Source: Eledone cirrhosa
Lineage: Eukaryota
Assembly (NCBI GenBank): GCA_964016885.1
Contig: OZ024741.1
Span: 319,114,001 to 319,178,000 of the forward strand
Length of the DNA: 64,000 nt
Direction: 5' to 3'
Position numbers and translations under genes: made by a program. Shown here piece by piece: positions 37,834 to 52,400 of the stretch. Numbering within the stretch: position 1 is the stretch's first letter; every line of letters starts with the position of its first letter. Under the pieces are notes generated by a model, which was not told where the DNA came from, did no database searches, and saw only the letters and a list, made by a program, of their open reading frames with translations.

Positions 37834-38083
37834 AATATGGTTTTATAAATATAGTTTCCATTTATTTAATATCGTAAATATACTCCAAATACTTGTTGAG
37901 TGCTTTTATATCAGTTATAAATATTTACTCGTTGTAACCCAACAATTTAAATAAAACTTTGCATATATATATATATATATTTTTTTTTTTCTTTAGGTTT
38001 GTTGGTTCACCACTGGATAGAATTGGTCATTCCGTATGGTCAATCTTGGTGTAATATTGTGGAGAGTACTCAACGTAGTGCAG

Positions 38084-38118
<35 letters not shown>

Positions 38119-39595
38119 GCGCATGGCTTAGTGGTTAGAGCATTGGCTTTGCAATCAAAAGGAGTTCAATTCTCAGACCGGGTGATGTGTTGTTTCCTTG
38201 AGCAAGACACTTTATGTCACATTGCTCCAGTTTACTCAGCTGTAGAAATGAGATGATAGGACTGGAGTCCCTATCATTCCACTGCAAAGTGGTCGTGGAG
38301 GTGCCGCAGCAAAAAAGCACCCAGCACTCACTGTAAATGAGGTTGGTGTTAGGAAGGGCATCCAGCTGTAGAAATCAAGCCAGAATCAGTTCCTGTCCCA
38401 CCCTTGCAAGCAGGGAAAAGCAGACATAAAATGATGATGATGATATATATATATGTATATTTTTGAAAGATGGACAAACTTACCTCAACACTTAATTTTT
38501 AATTCTTTTTAATTGTAATACTCAACATTTGATAAGAAGGTTTTCACTAATACATCCAAACCGGTTATATTTTATGTATTTTATATACATTATAAAACTC
38601 TTTTTTAAAAGAATTGTCCCTCTCATTTTTTCAATAATGTCACTTTGACGAATCAAAGAAAGGATAAAAAAGAAAAACAGATCCTTAAATATATTTTCTG
38701 TGCTATTTCCAATTTCACCTTTTCTCTATAACCACTGTTTTGTATAGAACCTTACTCCCTTTTCAAATATATATATCATCATCATCATCATCACCGTTTT
38801 ACGTCCGTTCTTCCACGCTAGCATGGGTTAGACGGGTTGTCCTGTTGTGGGCAGTGTCTGGTCGGCTGACCATGCCTTGCTCATACAGGAACTGATTTGG
38901 CTTGATTTCTACAGCTGGATGCCCTTCCTAACACCAACCTCATTTACAGTGAGTGCTGGGCGCTTTTTCGTGGTGCCTACATGTCCACTTTACAGTGTGG
39001 GCTGGGTGCTTTTTTGCCGTGGCGCCTCCACGACCACTTTGCAGTGGGAGGGTGTGGGGGCATATTGTTTATATGCTTCAGCTTGTACCCATGGGAGGTT
39101 GGGTACTCTGTATTACTGCGTGACGCTAGTGGTCACGGTTGTGTGTCATCGCCTTTGAGAGGTGTAATATATAGATAGATATATACACACACAGACACCA
39201 GTGTAATAAATTGAGAAAATTGCTTGACTTCACTTCAGAGGAGATGAAAATATAATTTGAATAAGGTGTTGTGGCATTCATACTTTCTCTCGAGATATTG
39301 GTGACAAATGTAGAGTGAAAAATAATTAGAAGTATGAGCTGAAATAATCTGGGTTGTAAATTGTTGAAAGGTTATCAAGCACAATATCATGTAAAACCAG
39401 CCTCTCTGGCACATGACAGAATGTAAATATTTATAAATAGCATAGAATGTATCAACTAGAAATTATTTATAGATATGTTATATTAATACAACAACAATAG
39501 CAACAGTACATGGCACTGTTATTATATTTGGCATCTACAATGTGAAAATATTTCCAGTGGCCATGGCTGCTATTGTAAAGTACAAGTTAACTTAC

Positions 39596-39743
39596 CCATA
39601 ATTCCTCAGGATAACCACCAATATAAGCAACTGAAGGAGATACATGCTCAGCATTAATCTTTGGTAGAAATAATTTAACAACTTCTTTTTTCTTTTCTTC
39701 TACTGAAATGGGATTGACCATCATACTGAAGTTTCGACCAATT
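39596..39743 (-). CDS. Laminin alpha-like exon (LG1)
   Basis: TTCTAG / GTAAGT; IGRNFSMMVNPIS...AYIGGYPEELW, LG YIGG.P motif; phases 2/0. Confidence 0.88.
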
Positions 39744-39779
39744 CTAGAAATTGAAGAAATATATTAATAATAATAATTA

Positions 39780-40680
39780 TTATTTCTACTTTAGGCACAA
39801 GGCCAGCAATTTGGGGAAAGGGGAAAGTCAATTAAATCAATCACAGTGCATTACTGGTGCTTTATTTTATCAACCCCATAAGGGTTAAAGAAAAAGGTAA
39901 CCTTGGTGGGATTTGAACTCAGAATGTAAAGGGCCGTAACTCAATGCTGTAAAGCATGTTGTCCAACACTCTACTGATTCTGCCAATCCACCACCCTAGG
40001 AAATATATAATAATAATAATAATGATTCTTACTATAGGCACAAGGCCAGCAATTTTGGGGGAGGGGAAAGTCGATTAAATCGAACCCAGTGCATTACTGG
40101 TATTTTATTTTATCGACCCCATAAGGATGAAAGACAAAGCTAACCTCGACGGGATTTGAACACAGAACGTAAAGGAACATAACTCTCTGCTGCAAAGCAG
40201 GTTGTCCGACGCCCCACCGATACTGCCACTCTGCTGCCCAATAATAATAATAATTGTTTCTATTTTAGGCACAAGGCCAGCAATTACCCAGTACATTACT
40301 GGTACTTTATTTTATCGACTCTGTAAGGATGAAAGGCAAAGTTAACCTCGGCGAGATTTGAACTCAGATCATAAAGGGACGTAACTCTATGCGTGCAAAG
40401 CTTGGTGGCCGACTCTCTACCGATACTGCCAATACACCGCCCAATAATAATAATAATAATAATGGTTTCTTATATAGGCACAAGGTCAGCAATTTTGGGG
40501 GAGGGGAAAGTCGATTAAATCGACCCCAGTGCATGACTGGTACTTTATTTTATCAGTCCTGTAAAGATGAAAGGCAAAGTTAACCTCGGCAGGATTTGAA
40601 CTCGGAACGCAAAGAGAGATAACTCTATGCTACAAAGCATGGTCTGACGCTCTACCAATACTGCCAATCCAATAATAAAA
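39780..40680 (-). mobile_element. Four head-to-tail copies of SINE family B separated by (AAT)n
   Basis: Copies at about 39780-40000, 40020-40240, 40255-40442 and 40460-40670. Confidence 0.85.
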
Positions 40681-41200
40681 AAATCAGTCTTACACATGTT
40701 TTTATAAATGAAATAAAGAGTAAAGGTAGAGTTAGATGTCCATATATGGAAGTAAATCCATATATTAGTTATCAGGCTAATATGAGAATCTTCCTCTATC
40801 TTTACACTTTATTTCATTTGTAGAAATGCTCATAAAACTTATAAAGTGTTGTAAATTTCCTCTGAACCTTTGGATTTATTAGTAGTTATGCTTTATGACC
40901 TTACACATACACAATATTTTGGATTAATTTATCCTATGGATTGAAGGCACGTGGCTTAGTTGTTAGAGAGTTGGATTCACAATCGTGAAGTTGCGAGTTC
41001 AATTCTCAGACAGGGTGATGCATTTGGTCCTTGAGCAAGACACTTTATTTCACATTGCTCCTTCTGCCAGGAGTTGCAACTGGAAGAGAGTATCAGCAAC
41101 GGAAAAACCAATGGAAACATTGTTTCCTTGGTCCGATTTGATGAGGTCCACCCTACTTGGCAAGCGAATAAGGTCTGGGATCTTGACTATTAGGGCCAGT

Positions 41201-42748
41201 CATCATCATCATTATTTTACGTCCGCTCTTCCCTGCTTGCAAAGGTGGGACGGGTCTTATTCAGCACAGCATCTCCCCACCGTGAGCTTCAGTGATCTGA
41301 GGTCTGTCCTCATCACCTCCGCCCATGTTTTTCGTGGTCTACCTCTACCACGTCTTCCTTCAACTGGCATTTCCTGGCACTTCTTCACCCATCGGACATC
41401 CTCCATGCGTATCACATGTCCATACCACCTCAGTCTCCTCTCCCGTACACTACATTCTATCCCTCTTAGACACAGTTTCTCTCTCAACACATTCATGTTG
41501 GGTCGTTCACACACATTGACACTGCACATCCAATGGAGCATGCTTGCCTCATTTCTCTCCAGCCGTTGCATATCCTCTGCAGTTGCTGCCCATGTCTCAC
41601 TACCATGCAGCATCATGCTCCTCACACAGGCATCATATAATCAGCCTTTCGTACGCAGGGAGAAACCCTTCTTCATAAGCAGAGGAAGCAGCTCCCTAAA
41701 CTTCTTCCAACCCATCCTTATTCTAGATACTATGGCCTCGGAACCCCCCCCCCCATGCTAATCTGATCTCCTAGGTATCAGAAGCTATCCACCACTTCTA
41801 CTGTTTAATTTCCCTGTACATCTACTGCATATGTATTTCTCCCTACCTGTTAGTTTGCCTGCTATCCCACTACACCTCTTGTGTACCATATCAAACATGG
41901 CCATTTCCCTGATGGAATCAGAGTTTTGTCCTCTTTTCTACTCATCAACACTTTTGTCTTAGCTAGGTTCACTCTCAGTCCTCTTGATTCCAATGCTGTT
42001 TCCATAGCCAGAATTTATTCTCTATCTCCTCTACTGATTCTGCTATAAGAACCAGATCGTCAGCATAGAGAAGTTCCCATGGACAGCCAGTCTTAAACTC
42101 CTCTGTTATGGCTTGGAGGACTATAATGAACAAGAGCAGGCTGAGGACCGAACCCTGATATACTCCTACTTGTATCTGGAATTCCTCATTAAACTCCATT
42201 CCTACCCTGACTTTACTGACAGCACCTCTGTACAAAGTTTGCACTGTCCTCACAAGCCATTCCTCAACACCTAGTTTCCTTGGGGACCACCAGATGACAG
42301 ATCGGGGAACCCTATCAAAGACCTTATCTAGCTTAACAAAAGCTAAGTATAGTGGCTTATTCGTCTCTAAGAACCTCTCTTGTAATTGTCTCACCAAGAA
42401 GAGGGCATCTATTGTACTTTTCCCAGGCATAAAACCAAACTGCATCTCATCTAGTTTGACCCTTTCTCTAATTAGTTGTGCTAATATCCTTTCTGCCACT
42501 TTCATAACCTGATCCATCAGTTTTATACCCCTATAATTGCTCCTCTCCAGAGCATCCCCTTTACCTTTGTAGCAATTTATGAGAATACTGCTGCACCAGT
42601 CTTTGGGTATGACACCACCATATATAGCCTGATTGATGATGCGTGCAACCAGTATAGTGCCTACGTCCCCTGATGCCTTCAGCATCTCAGCAACTATTCC
42701 CGATGGTCCAGCAGCCTTACCATTTTTCATTTCCTTAATCGCCTCTTA
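41201..42748 (-). mobile_element. 5'-truncated RTE LINE closely related to 1640-3373
   Basis: ORFs 41975-42730 (RT) and 41257-41625; (TCA)n tail; internal deletions in the PHD-like region. Confidence 0.92.
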
Positions 42749-42949
42749 AAAATATGTAATCTAATGAAAACTGGTGAATTGAGTCATAAATACATTGTGA
42801 ATACATTTTTAAACAATAAAGACAAATAAAATATAATTTAGTTTTATTAATGTGAGACTTGGTATTTGGTATAGGTCAACTAACAGAAAATTGTATTACA
42901 GTTCCCGAATAAATTCTAAATAACCCTACAAGGTAAAAATTAAAAATGG

Positions 42950-43020
42950 TCATTTCGGGCCACTCTGATTGGTCTGGCTGGCCAGATTGTGGCCCGTGGG
43001 CCACCTGTCGCACGCCCCTG
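42950..43020. mobile_element. Probable hAT-type DNA transposon terminus
   Basis: GGCCCGTGGGCCACCTGTCGCACGCCCCTG resembles hAT/Charlie-type ends; no partner end found. Confidence 0.4.
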
Positions 43021-43221
43021 CCTTAGATGAACAGGTTCATTCAATTTGCAGACTGTAGAAACACTTTGAACTTCAAGGAAGTGGGAAAGGAAATGAGAAA
43101 CGGAGAAGGAGTGAGAAAATGAGACAGTAAAGAAGAAAAGGAAAGAATTGATATTATTGAATAATTAGAGATATAAGAGTCTTAGAAAAGTTTAGAAAGA
43201 ACAAATATTACAAAATATTAC

Positions 43222-43355
43222 CTTTGAATACCAAACATGTACCAAATATTTGGTTTTGTTTTAAATTTAGATTCAATTTTCTTCAGTTGATTTCCATCTT
43301 TATCGTAGACTGTTAAAAACACGGCACTATTCTGTAGGCCGAGAATGTAGCTTAC
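43222..43355 (-). CDS. Laminin alpha-like exon (LG1)
   Basis: TTCAG / GTAAT; VSYILGLQNSAVFLTVYDKDGNQLKKIESKFKTKPNIWYMFGIQ(R); phases 0/2. Confidence 0.85.
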
Positions 43356-43479
43356 CTGAAGTAATGAAATATATACAGTGAGAGAGAGAAAAAGAGTTAC
43401 GAGGCAAGTATTGGTTAATCAAAATTTGTACAGAGACTATGAAAAGGAGATTTACCTACTTTATTTCTGCATATCAAGC

Positions 43480-46400
43480 ATGGCCATTCCTCTGATGACA
43501 GCAGAGCCATCCGTAATCACAATGTCATTTGTTCAACGAAAACAGTTCAGTCTCTTCATGAAAACAGTCATTTTCTTAATGACCACAGGCAATTCTCCTT
43601 ATGATAACAAGATAATTCCCTAATGACAATACGGTCATTCCACTAACGACAACATAGTCATTTCACTAATGACAATTTGAACATACCCTATTAACAAGGT
43701 CATCCCCCAATCACAATGTCATGTCATTTCTCTAATGACAACATGGCTATTCCCTAATATCATTTTCCTAATGATAGCAAGGTCATTCCCTATTCACAAT
43801 GTCTTTTTTCTAATGACAACATGGCCATTCCACTGATGGCAACATGGTCATTCCCTAATGACAACTTAGTCATTCCACTAATGACAACTTAGTCATTCCA
43901 CTAATGACAGCAAGGTCATTCCTCTAATGACAACATGGTCATTCCACTAATGACAACATGGTCATTCCTCTAATGACAACATGGTAATTCCTCTAATGAC
44001 AACATGGTAATTCCGCTAATGACAACATGGTAATTCCGCTAATGACAACATGGTCATTCCTCTAATGACAACATGGTAATTCCACTAATGACAACATGGT
44101 CATTCCTCTAATGACAACATGGTCATTCCACTAATGGCAACATGGTCATTCCTCTAATGACAACAAAGCCATTACCCAATGACAACATGGTCATTTCATT
44201 AATGACAACATGGTCATTCCGCTAATGACAACATGGTCATTCCTCTAATGACAACATGGTAATTCCACTAATGACAACATGGTCATTCCGCTAATGACAA
44301 CAAAGCCATTACCCAATGACAACATGGTCATTCCTCTAATGACAACATGGTCATTCCTCTAATGACAACATGGTCATTCCACTAATGACAACATGGTCAT
44401 TCCTCTAATGACAACATGGTCATTCCTCTAATGACAACATGGTCATTCCTCTAATGACAACATGGTAATTCCTCTAATGACAACATGGTCATTCCACTAA
44501 TGACAACATGGTCATTCCTCTAATGACAACATGGTCATTCCTCTAATGACAACATGGTCATTCCTCTAATGACAACATGGTCATTCCTCTAATGACAACA
44601 TGGTAATTCCTCTAATGACAACATGGTCATTCCACTAATGACAACATGGTCATTCCTCTAATGACAACATGGTCATTCCTCTAATGACAACATGGTCATT
44701 CCTCTAATGACAACATGGTCATTCCTCTAATGACAACATGGTAATTCCTCTAATGACAACATGGTCATTCCACTAATGACAACATGGTCATTCCACTAAT
44801 GACAACATGGTCATTCCTCTAATGACAACATGGTCATTCCTCTAATGACAACATGGTCATTCCTCTAATGACAACATGGTCATTCCTCTAATGACAACAT
44901 GGTAATTCCTCTAATGACAACATGGTCATTCCACTAATGACAACATGGTCATTCCTCTAATGACAACATGGTCATTCCGCTAATGACAACAAAGCCATTA
45001 CCCAATGACAACATGGTCATTCCTCTAATGACAACATGGTCATTCCTCTAATGACAACATGGTAATTCCACTAATGACAACATGGTCATTCCTCTAATGA
45101 CAACATGGTCATTCCTCTAATGACAACATGGTCATTCCTCTAATGACAACATGGTCATTCCTCTAATGACAACATGGTAATTCCTCTAATGACAACATGG
45201 TCATTCCACTAATGACAACATGGTCATTCCTCTAATGACAACATGGTCATTCCTCTAATGACAACATGGTCATTCCGCTAATGACAACAAAGCCATTACC
45301 CAATGACAACATGGTCATTCCTCTAATGACAACATGGTCATTCCTCTAATGACAACATGGTCGTTCCACTAATGACAACATGGTCATTCCTCTAATGACA
45401 ACATGGTCATTCCTCTAATGACAACATGGTCATTCCTCTAATGACAACATGGTCATTCCTCTAATGACAACATGGTAATTCCTCTAATGACAACATGGTC
45501 ATTCCACTAATGACAACATGGTCATTCCTCTAATGACAACATGGTCATTCCGCTAATGACAACAAAGCCATTACCCAATGACAACATGGTCATTCCTCTA
45601 ATGACAACATGGTCATTCCTCTAATGACAACATGGTCATTCCACTAATGACAACATGGTCATTCCACTAATGACAACATGTTCATTCCTCTAATGACAAC
45701 ATGGTCATTCCTCTAATGACAACATGGTCATTCCTCTAATGACAACATGGTCATTCCTCTAATGACAACATGGTCATTCCACTAATGACAACATGGTCAT
45801 TCCGCTAATGACAACATGGTCATTCCTCTAATGACAACATGGTCATTCCTCTAATGACAACATGGTCGTTCCACTAATGACAACATGGTCATTCCTCTAA
45901 TGACAACATGGTCATTCCTCTAATGACAACATGGTCATTCCTCTAATGACAACATGGTCATTCCTCTAATGACAACATGGTCATTCCTCTAATGACAACA
46001 TGGTAATTCCTCTAATGACAACATGGTCATTCCACTAATGACAACATGGTCATTCCTCTAATGAAAACATGGTCATTCCTCTAATGACAACATGGTCATT
46101 CCGCTAATGACAACAAAGCCATTACCCAATGACAACATGGTCATTCCTCTAATGACAACATGGTCATTCCTCTAATGACAACATGGTAATTCCTCTAATG
46201 ACAACATGGTCATTCCTCTAATGACAACATGGTCATTCCTCTAATGACAACATGGTCATTCCTCTAATGACAACAAAGCCATTACCCAATGACAACATGG
46301 TCATTCCTCTAATGACAACAAAGCCATTACCCAATGACAACATGGTCATTCCTCTAATGACAATAAAGCCATTACCCAATGACAACATGGTCATTCCTCT

Positions 46401-49400
46401 AATGACAACAAAGCCATTACCCAATGACAACATGGTCATTCCTCTAATGACAACATGGTAATTCCTCTAATGACAACATGGTCATTCCTCTAATGACAAC
46501 ATGGTAATTCCTCTAATGACAACATGGTCATTCCACTAATGACAACATGGTCATTCCTCTAATGACAACATGGTCATTCCTCTAATGGCAACATGGTCAT
46601 TCCGCTAATGACAACAAAGCCATTACCCAATGACAACATGGTCATTCCTCTAATGACAACATGGTCATTCCTCTAATGACAACATGGTCATTCCGCTAAT
46701 GACAACAAAGCCATTACCCAATGACAACATGGTCATTCCTCTAATGACAACATGGTCATTCCACTAATGACAACATGGTCATTCCTCTAATGACAACATG
46801 GTCATTCCTCTAATGACAACATGGTAATTCCTCTAATGACAACATGGTCATTCCACTAATGACAACATGGTCATTCCACTAATGACAACATGGTCATTCC
46901 TCTAATGACAACATGGTCATTCCGCTAATGACAACAAAGCCATTACCCAATGACAACATGGTCATTCCTCTAATGACAACATGGTCATTCCTCTAATGAC
47001 AACATGGTAATTCCTCTAATGACAACATGGTCATTCCACTAATGACAACATGGTCATTCCTCTAATGACAACATGGTCATTCCTCTAATGACAACATGGT
47101 CATTCCGCTAATGACAACAAAGCCATTACCCAATGACAACATGGTCATTCCTCTAATGACAACATGGTCATTCCTCTAATGACAACATGGTCATTCCACT
47201 AATGACAACATGGTCATTCCTCTAATGACAACATGGTCATTCCTCTAATGACAACATGGTCATTCCTCTAATGACAACATGGTAATTCCTCTAATGACAA
47301 CATGGTCATTCCACTAATGACAACATGGTCATTCCTCTAATGACAACATGGTCATTCCGCTAATGACAACAAAGCCATTACCCAATGACAACATGGTCAT
47401 TCCTCTAATGACAACATGGTCATTCCTCTAATGACAACATGGTCATTCCACTAATGACAACATGGTCATTCCTCTAATGACAACATGGTCATTCCTCTAA
47501 TGACAACATGGTCATTCCTCTAATGACAACATGGTCATTCCTCTAATGACAACATGGTCATTCCGCTAATGACAACATGGTCATTCCGCTAATGACAACA
47601 TGGTCATTCCTCTAATGACAACATGGTAATTCCTCTAATGACAACATGGTCATTCCACTAATGACAACATGGTCATTCCTCTAATGACAACATGGTCATT
47701 CCGCTAATGACAACAAAGCCATTACCCAATGACAACATGGTCATTCCTCTAATGACAACATGGTCATTCCTCTAATGACAACATGGTAATTCCTCTAATG
47801 ACAACAAAGCCATTACCCAATGACAACATGGTCATTCCTCTAATGACAACATGGTCATTCCTCTAATGACAACATGGTCATTCCACTAATGACAACATGG
47901 TCATTCCTCTAATGACAACATGGTCATTCCTCTAATGACAACATGGTCATTCCTCTAATGACAACATGGTCATTCCTCTAATGACAACATGGTCATTCCT
48001 CTAATGACAACATGGTAATTCCTCTAATGACAACATGGTCATTCCACTAATGACAACATGGTCATTCCTCTAATGACAACATGGTCATTCCTCTAATGAC
48101 AACATGGTCATTCCGCTAATGAGAACAAAGCCATTACCCAATGACAACATGGTCATTCCTCTAATGACAACATGGTCATTCCTCTAATGACAACATGGTA
48201 ATTCCTCTAATGACAACATGGTCATTCCTCTAATGACAACATGGTCATTCCTCTAATGACAACAAAGCCATTACCCAATGACAACATGGTCATTCCTCTA
48301 ATGACAACAAAGCCATTACCCAATGACAACATGGTCATTCCTCTAATGACAACATGGTCATTCCTCTAATGACAATATGGTCATTCCACTAATGGCAACA
48401 TGGTCATTCCACTAATGACAACAAAGCCATTACCCAATGACAACATGGTCATTCCTCTAATGACAACATGGTCATTCCTCTAATGACAACATGGTCATTC
48501 CACTAATGACAACATGGTCATTCCACTAATGGCAACAAGGTCATTCCTCTAATGACAACATGGTAATTCCACTAATGACAACATGGTAATTCCACTAATG
48601 ACAACATGGTCATTCCTCTAATGACAACATGGTCATTCCTCTAATGACAACATGGTCATTCCTCTAATGACAACATGGTCATGCCGCTAATGACAACAAA
48701 GCCATTACCCAATGACAACATGGTCATTCCTCTAATGACAACATGGTCATTCCTCTAATGACAACAAAGCCATTACCCAATGACAACATGGTCATTCCTC
48801 TAATGACAACATGGTCATTCCTCTAATGACAACATGGTCATTCCACTAATGGCAACATGGTCATTCCACTAATGACAACAAAGCCACTACCCAATGACAA
48901 CATGGTCATTTATTAATGACAACATGGTCATTCCGCTAATGACAACATGGTCATTCCTCTAATGACAACATGGTAATTCCTCTAATGACAACATGGTCAT
49001 TCCACTAATGACAACATGGTCATTCCTCTAATGGCAACATGGTCATTCCTCTAATGACAACATGGTCATTCCACTAACGACAACATGGTCATTCCTCTAA
49101 TGACAACATGGTCATTCCTCTAATGACAACATGGTCATTCCTCTAATGACAACATGGTCATTCCACTAATGACAACATGGTCATTCCTCTAATGACAACA
49201 TGGTCATTCCTCTAATGACAACATGGTCATTCCGCTAATGACAACAAAGCCATTACCCAATGACAACATGGTCATTCCTCTAATGACAACATGGTCATTC
49301 CTCTAATGACAACATGGTCATTCCTCTAATGACAACATGGTCATTCCACTAATGACAACATGGTCATTCCACTAATGACAACATGGTCATTCCTCTAATG

Positions 49401-52400
49401 ACAACATGGTCATTCCGCTAATGACAACAAAGCCATTACCCAATGACAACATGGTCATTCCTCTAATGACAACATGGTCATTCCTCTAATGACAACATGG
49501 TCATTCCACTAATGACAACATGGTCATTCCTCTAATGACAACATGGTCATTCCTCTAATGACAACATGGTCATTCCTCTAATGACAACATGGTCATTCCT
49601 CTAATGACAACATGGTCATTCCTCTAATGACAACATGGTAATTCCTCTAATGACAACATGGTCATTCCACTAATGACAACATGGTCATTCCTCTAATGAC
49701 AACATGGTCATTCCGCTAATGACAACAAAGCCATTACCCAATGACAACATGGTCATTCCTCTAATGACAACATGGTCATTCCTCTAATGACAACATGGTT
49801 ATTCCTCTAATGACAACATGGTCATTCCTCTAATGACAACATGGTCATTCCTCTAATGACAACAAAGCCATTACCGAATGACAACATGGTCATTCCTCTA
49901 ATGACAACAAAGCCATTACCCAATGACAACATGGTCATTCCTCTAATGACAACATGGTCATTCCTCTAATGACAATATGGTCATTCCACTAATGTCAACA
50001 TGGTCATTCCACTAATGGCAACATGGTCATTCCACTAATGGCAACATGGTCATTCCTCTAATGACAACAAAGCCATTACCCAATGACAACATGGTCATTC
50101 CTCTAATGACAACATGGTCATTCCTCTAATGACAACATGGTCATTCCACTAATGACAGCATGGTCATTCCACTAATGGCAACATGGTCATTCCACTAATG
50201 ACAACATGGTCATTCCTCTAATGACAACATGGTCATTCCTCTAATGACAACATAGTCATTCCGCTAATGACAACAAAGCCATTACCCAATGACAACATGG
50301 TCATTCCTCTAATGACAACATGGTCATTCCTCTAATGACAACAAAGCCATTACCCAATGACAACATGGTCATTCCTCTAATGACAACATGGTCATTCCTC
50401 TAATGACAACATGGTCATTCCACTAATGGCAACATGGTCATTCCACTAATGACAACAAAGCCATTACCCAATGACAACATGGTCATTTCATTAATGACAA
50501 CATGGTCATTCCGCTAATGACAACATGGTCATTCCACTAATGACAACAAAGCCATTACCCAATGACAACATGGTCATTTCATTAATGACAACATGGTCAT
50601 TCCTCTAATGACAACATGGTCATTCCTCTAATGACAACATGGTAATTCCTCTAATGACAACATGGTCATTCCACTAATGACAACATGGTCATTCCTCTAA
50701 TGACAACATGGTCATTCCACTAATGGCAACATGGTCATTCCACTAATGACAACAAAGCCATTACCCAATGACAACATGGTCATTTCATTAATGACAACAT
50801 GGTCATTCCTCTAATGACAACATGGTCATTCCTCTAATGACAACATGGTAATTCCTCTAATGACAACATGGTCATTCCACTAATGACAACATGGTCATTC
50901 CTCTAATGACAACATGGTCATTCCACTAATGGCAACATGGTCATTCCACTAATGACAACAAAGCCATTACCCAATGACAACATGGTCATTTCATTAATGA
51001 CAACATGGTCATTCCGCTAATGACAACATGGTCATTCCACTAATGGCAACATGGTCATTCCACTAATGACAACAAAGCCATTACCCAATGACAACATGGT
51101 CATTTCATTAATGACAACATGGTCATTCCGCTAATGACAACATGGTCATTCCTCTAATGACAACATGGTAATTCCGTTAATGACAACATGGTCATTCCGC
51201 TAATGACAACATGGTCATTCCTCTAATGACAACATGGTAATTCCACTAATGACAACATGGTCATTCCTGTAATGACAACATGGTCATTCCTCTAATGACA
51301 ACAAAGCCATTACCCAATGACAACATGGTCATTCCTCTAATGACAAAATGGTCATTCCACTAATGGCAACATGGTCATTCCTCTAATGACAACAAAACCA
51401 TTACCCAATGACAACATGGTCATTTCATTAATGACAACATGGTCATTCCGCTAATGACAACATGGTCATTCCTCTAATGACAACATGGTAATTCCACTAA
51501 TGACAACATGGTCATTCTGCTAATGAAAACAAAGCCATTACCCAATGACAACATGGTCATTCCTCTAATGACAACATGGTCATTCCTCTAATGACAACAT
51601 GGTCATTCCACTAATGTCAACATGGTCATTCCTCTAATGACAACAAAGCCATTACCCAATGGCAACATGGTCATTTCATTAATGACAACATGGTCATTCT
51701 GCTAATGACAACATGGTCATTCCACTAATGACAACATGGTCATTCCACTAATGGCAACATGGTCATTCCACTAATGACAACATGGTCATTCCACTAATGG
51801 CAACATGGTAATTCCACTAATGACAACATGGTCATTCCTCTAATGACAACATGGTCATTCCTCTAATGACAACATGGTCATTCCTCTAATGACAACAAAG
51901 CCATTACCCAATGACAACATGGTCATTTCATTAATGACAACATGGTCATTCCTCTAATGACAACATGGTCATTCCTCTAATGACAACATGGTCATTCCTC
52001 TAATGACAATATGGTCATTCCACTAATGTCAACATGGTCATTCCACTAATGGCAACATGGTCATTCCACTAATGGCAACATGGTCATTCCACTAATGGCA
52101 ACATGGTCATTCCTCTAATGACAACAAAGCCATTACCCAATGACAACATGGTCATTTCATTAATGACAACACGGTCATTCCGCTAATGACAACATGGTCA
52201 TTCCACTAATGACAACATGGCCATTCCACTAATGGCAACATGGTCATTCCTCTAATGACAACATGGTCATTCCACTAATGACAACATGGTCATTCCATTA
52301 ATGACAACATGGTCATTCCACTAATGGCAACATGGTCATTCCTCTAATGACAACATGGTAATTCCACTAATGACAACATGGTAATTCCTCTAATGACAAC

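Larger units (their letters stand above)
35190..37960 (-). mobile_element. 5'-truncated Penelope-like element with inverted pseudo-LTRs
   Basis: Reading frame about 37640-36740 gives the RT thumb end (RISRISSNKKIFDEKAQYYNEALSRAGY), an Asn-rich linker and GIY-YIG endonuclease (IIY...YVG...FKLRYNNH). Segments about 35194-35460 and 37638-37878 are inverted repeats; the element is bounded by (TA)n. Confidence 0.85.
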
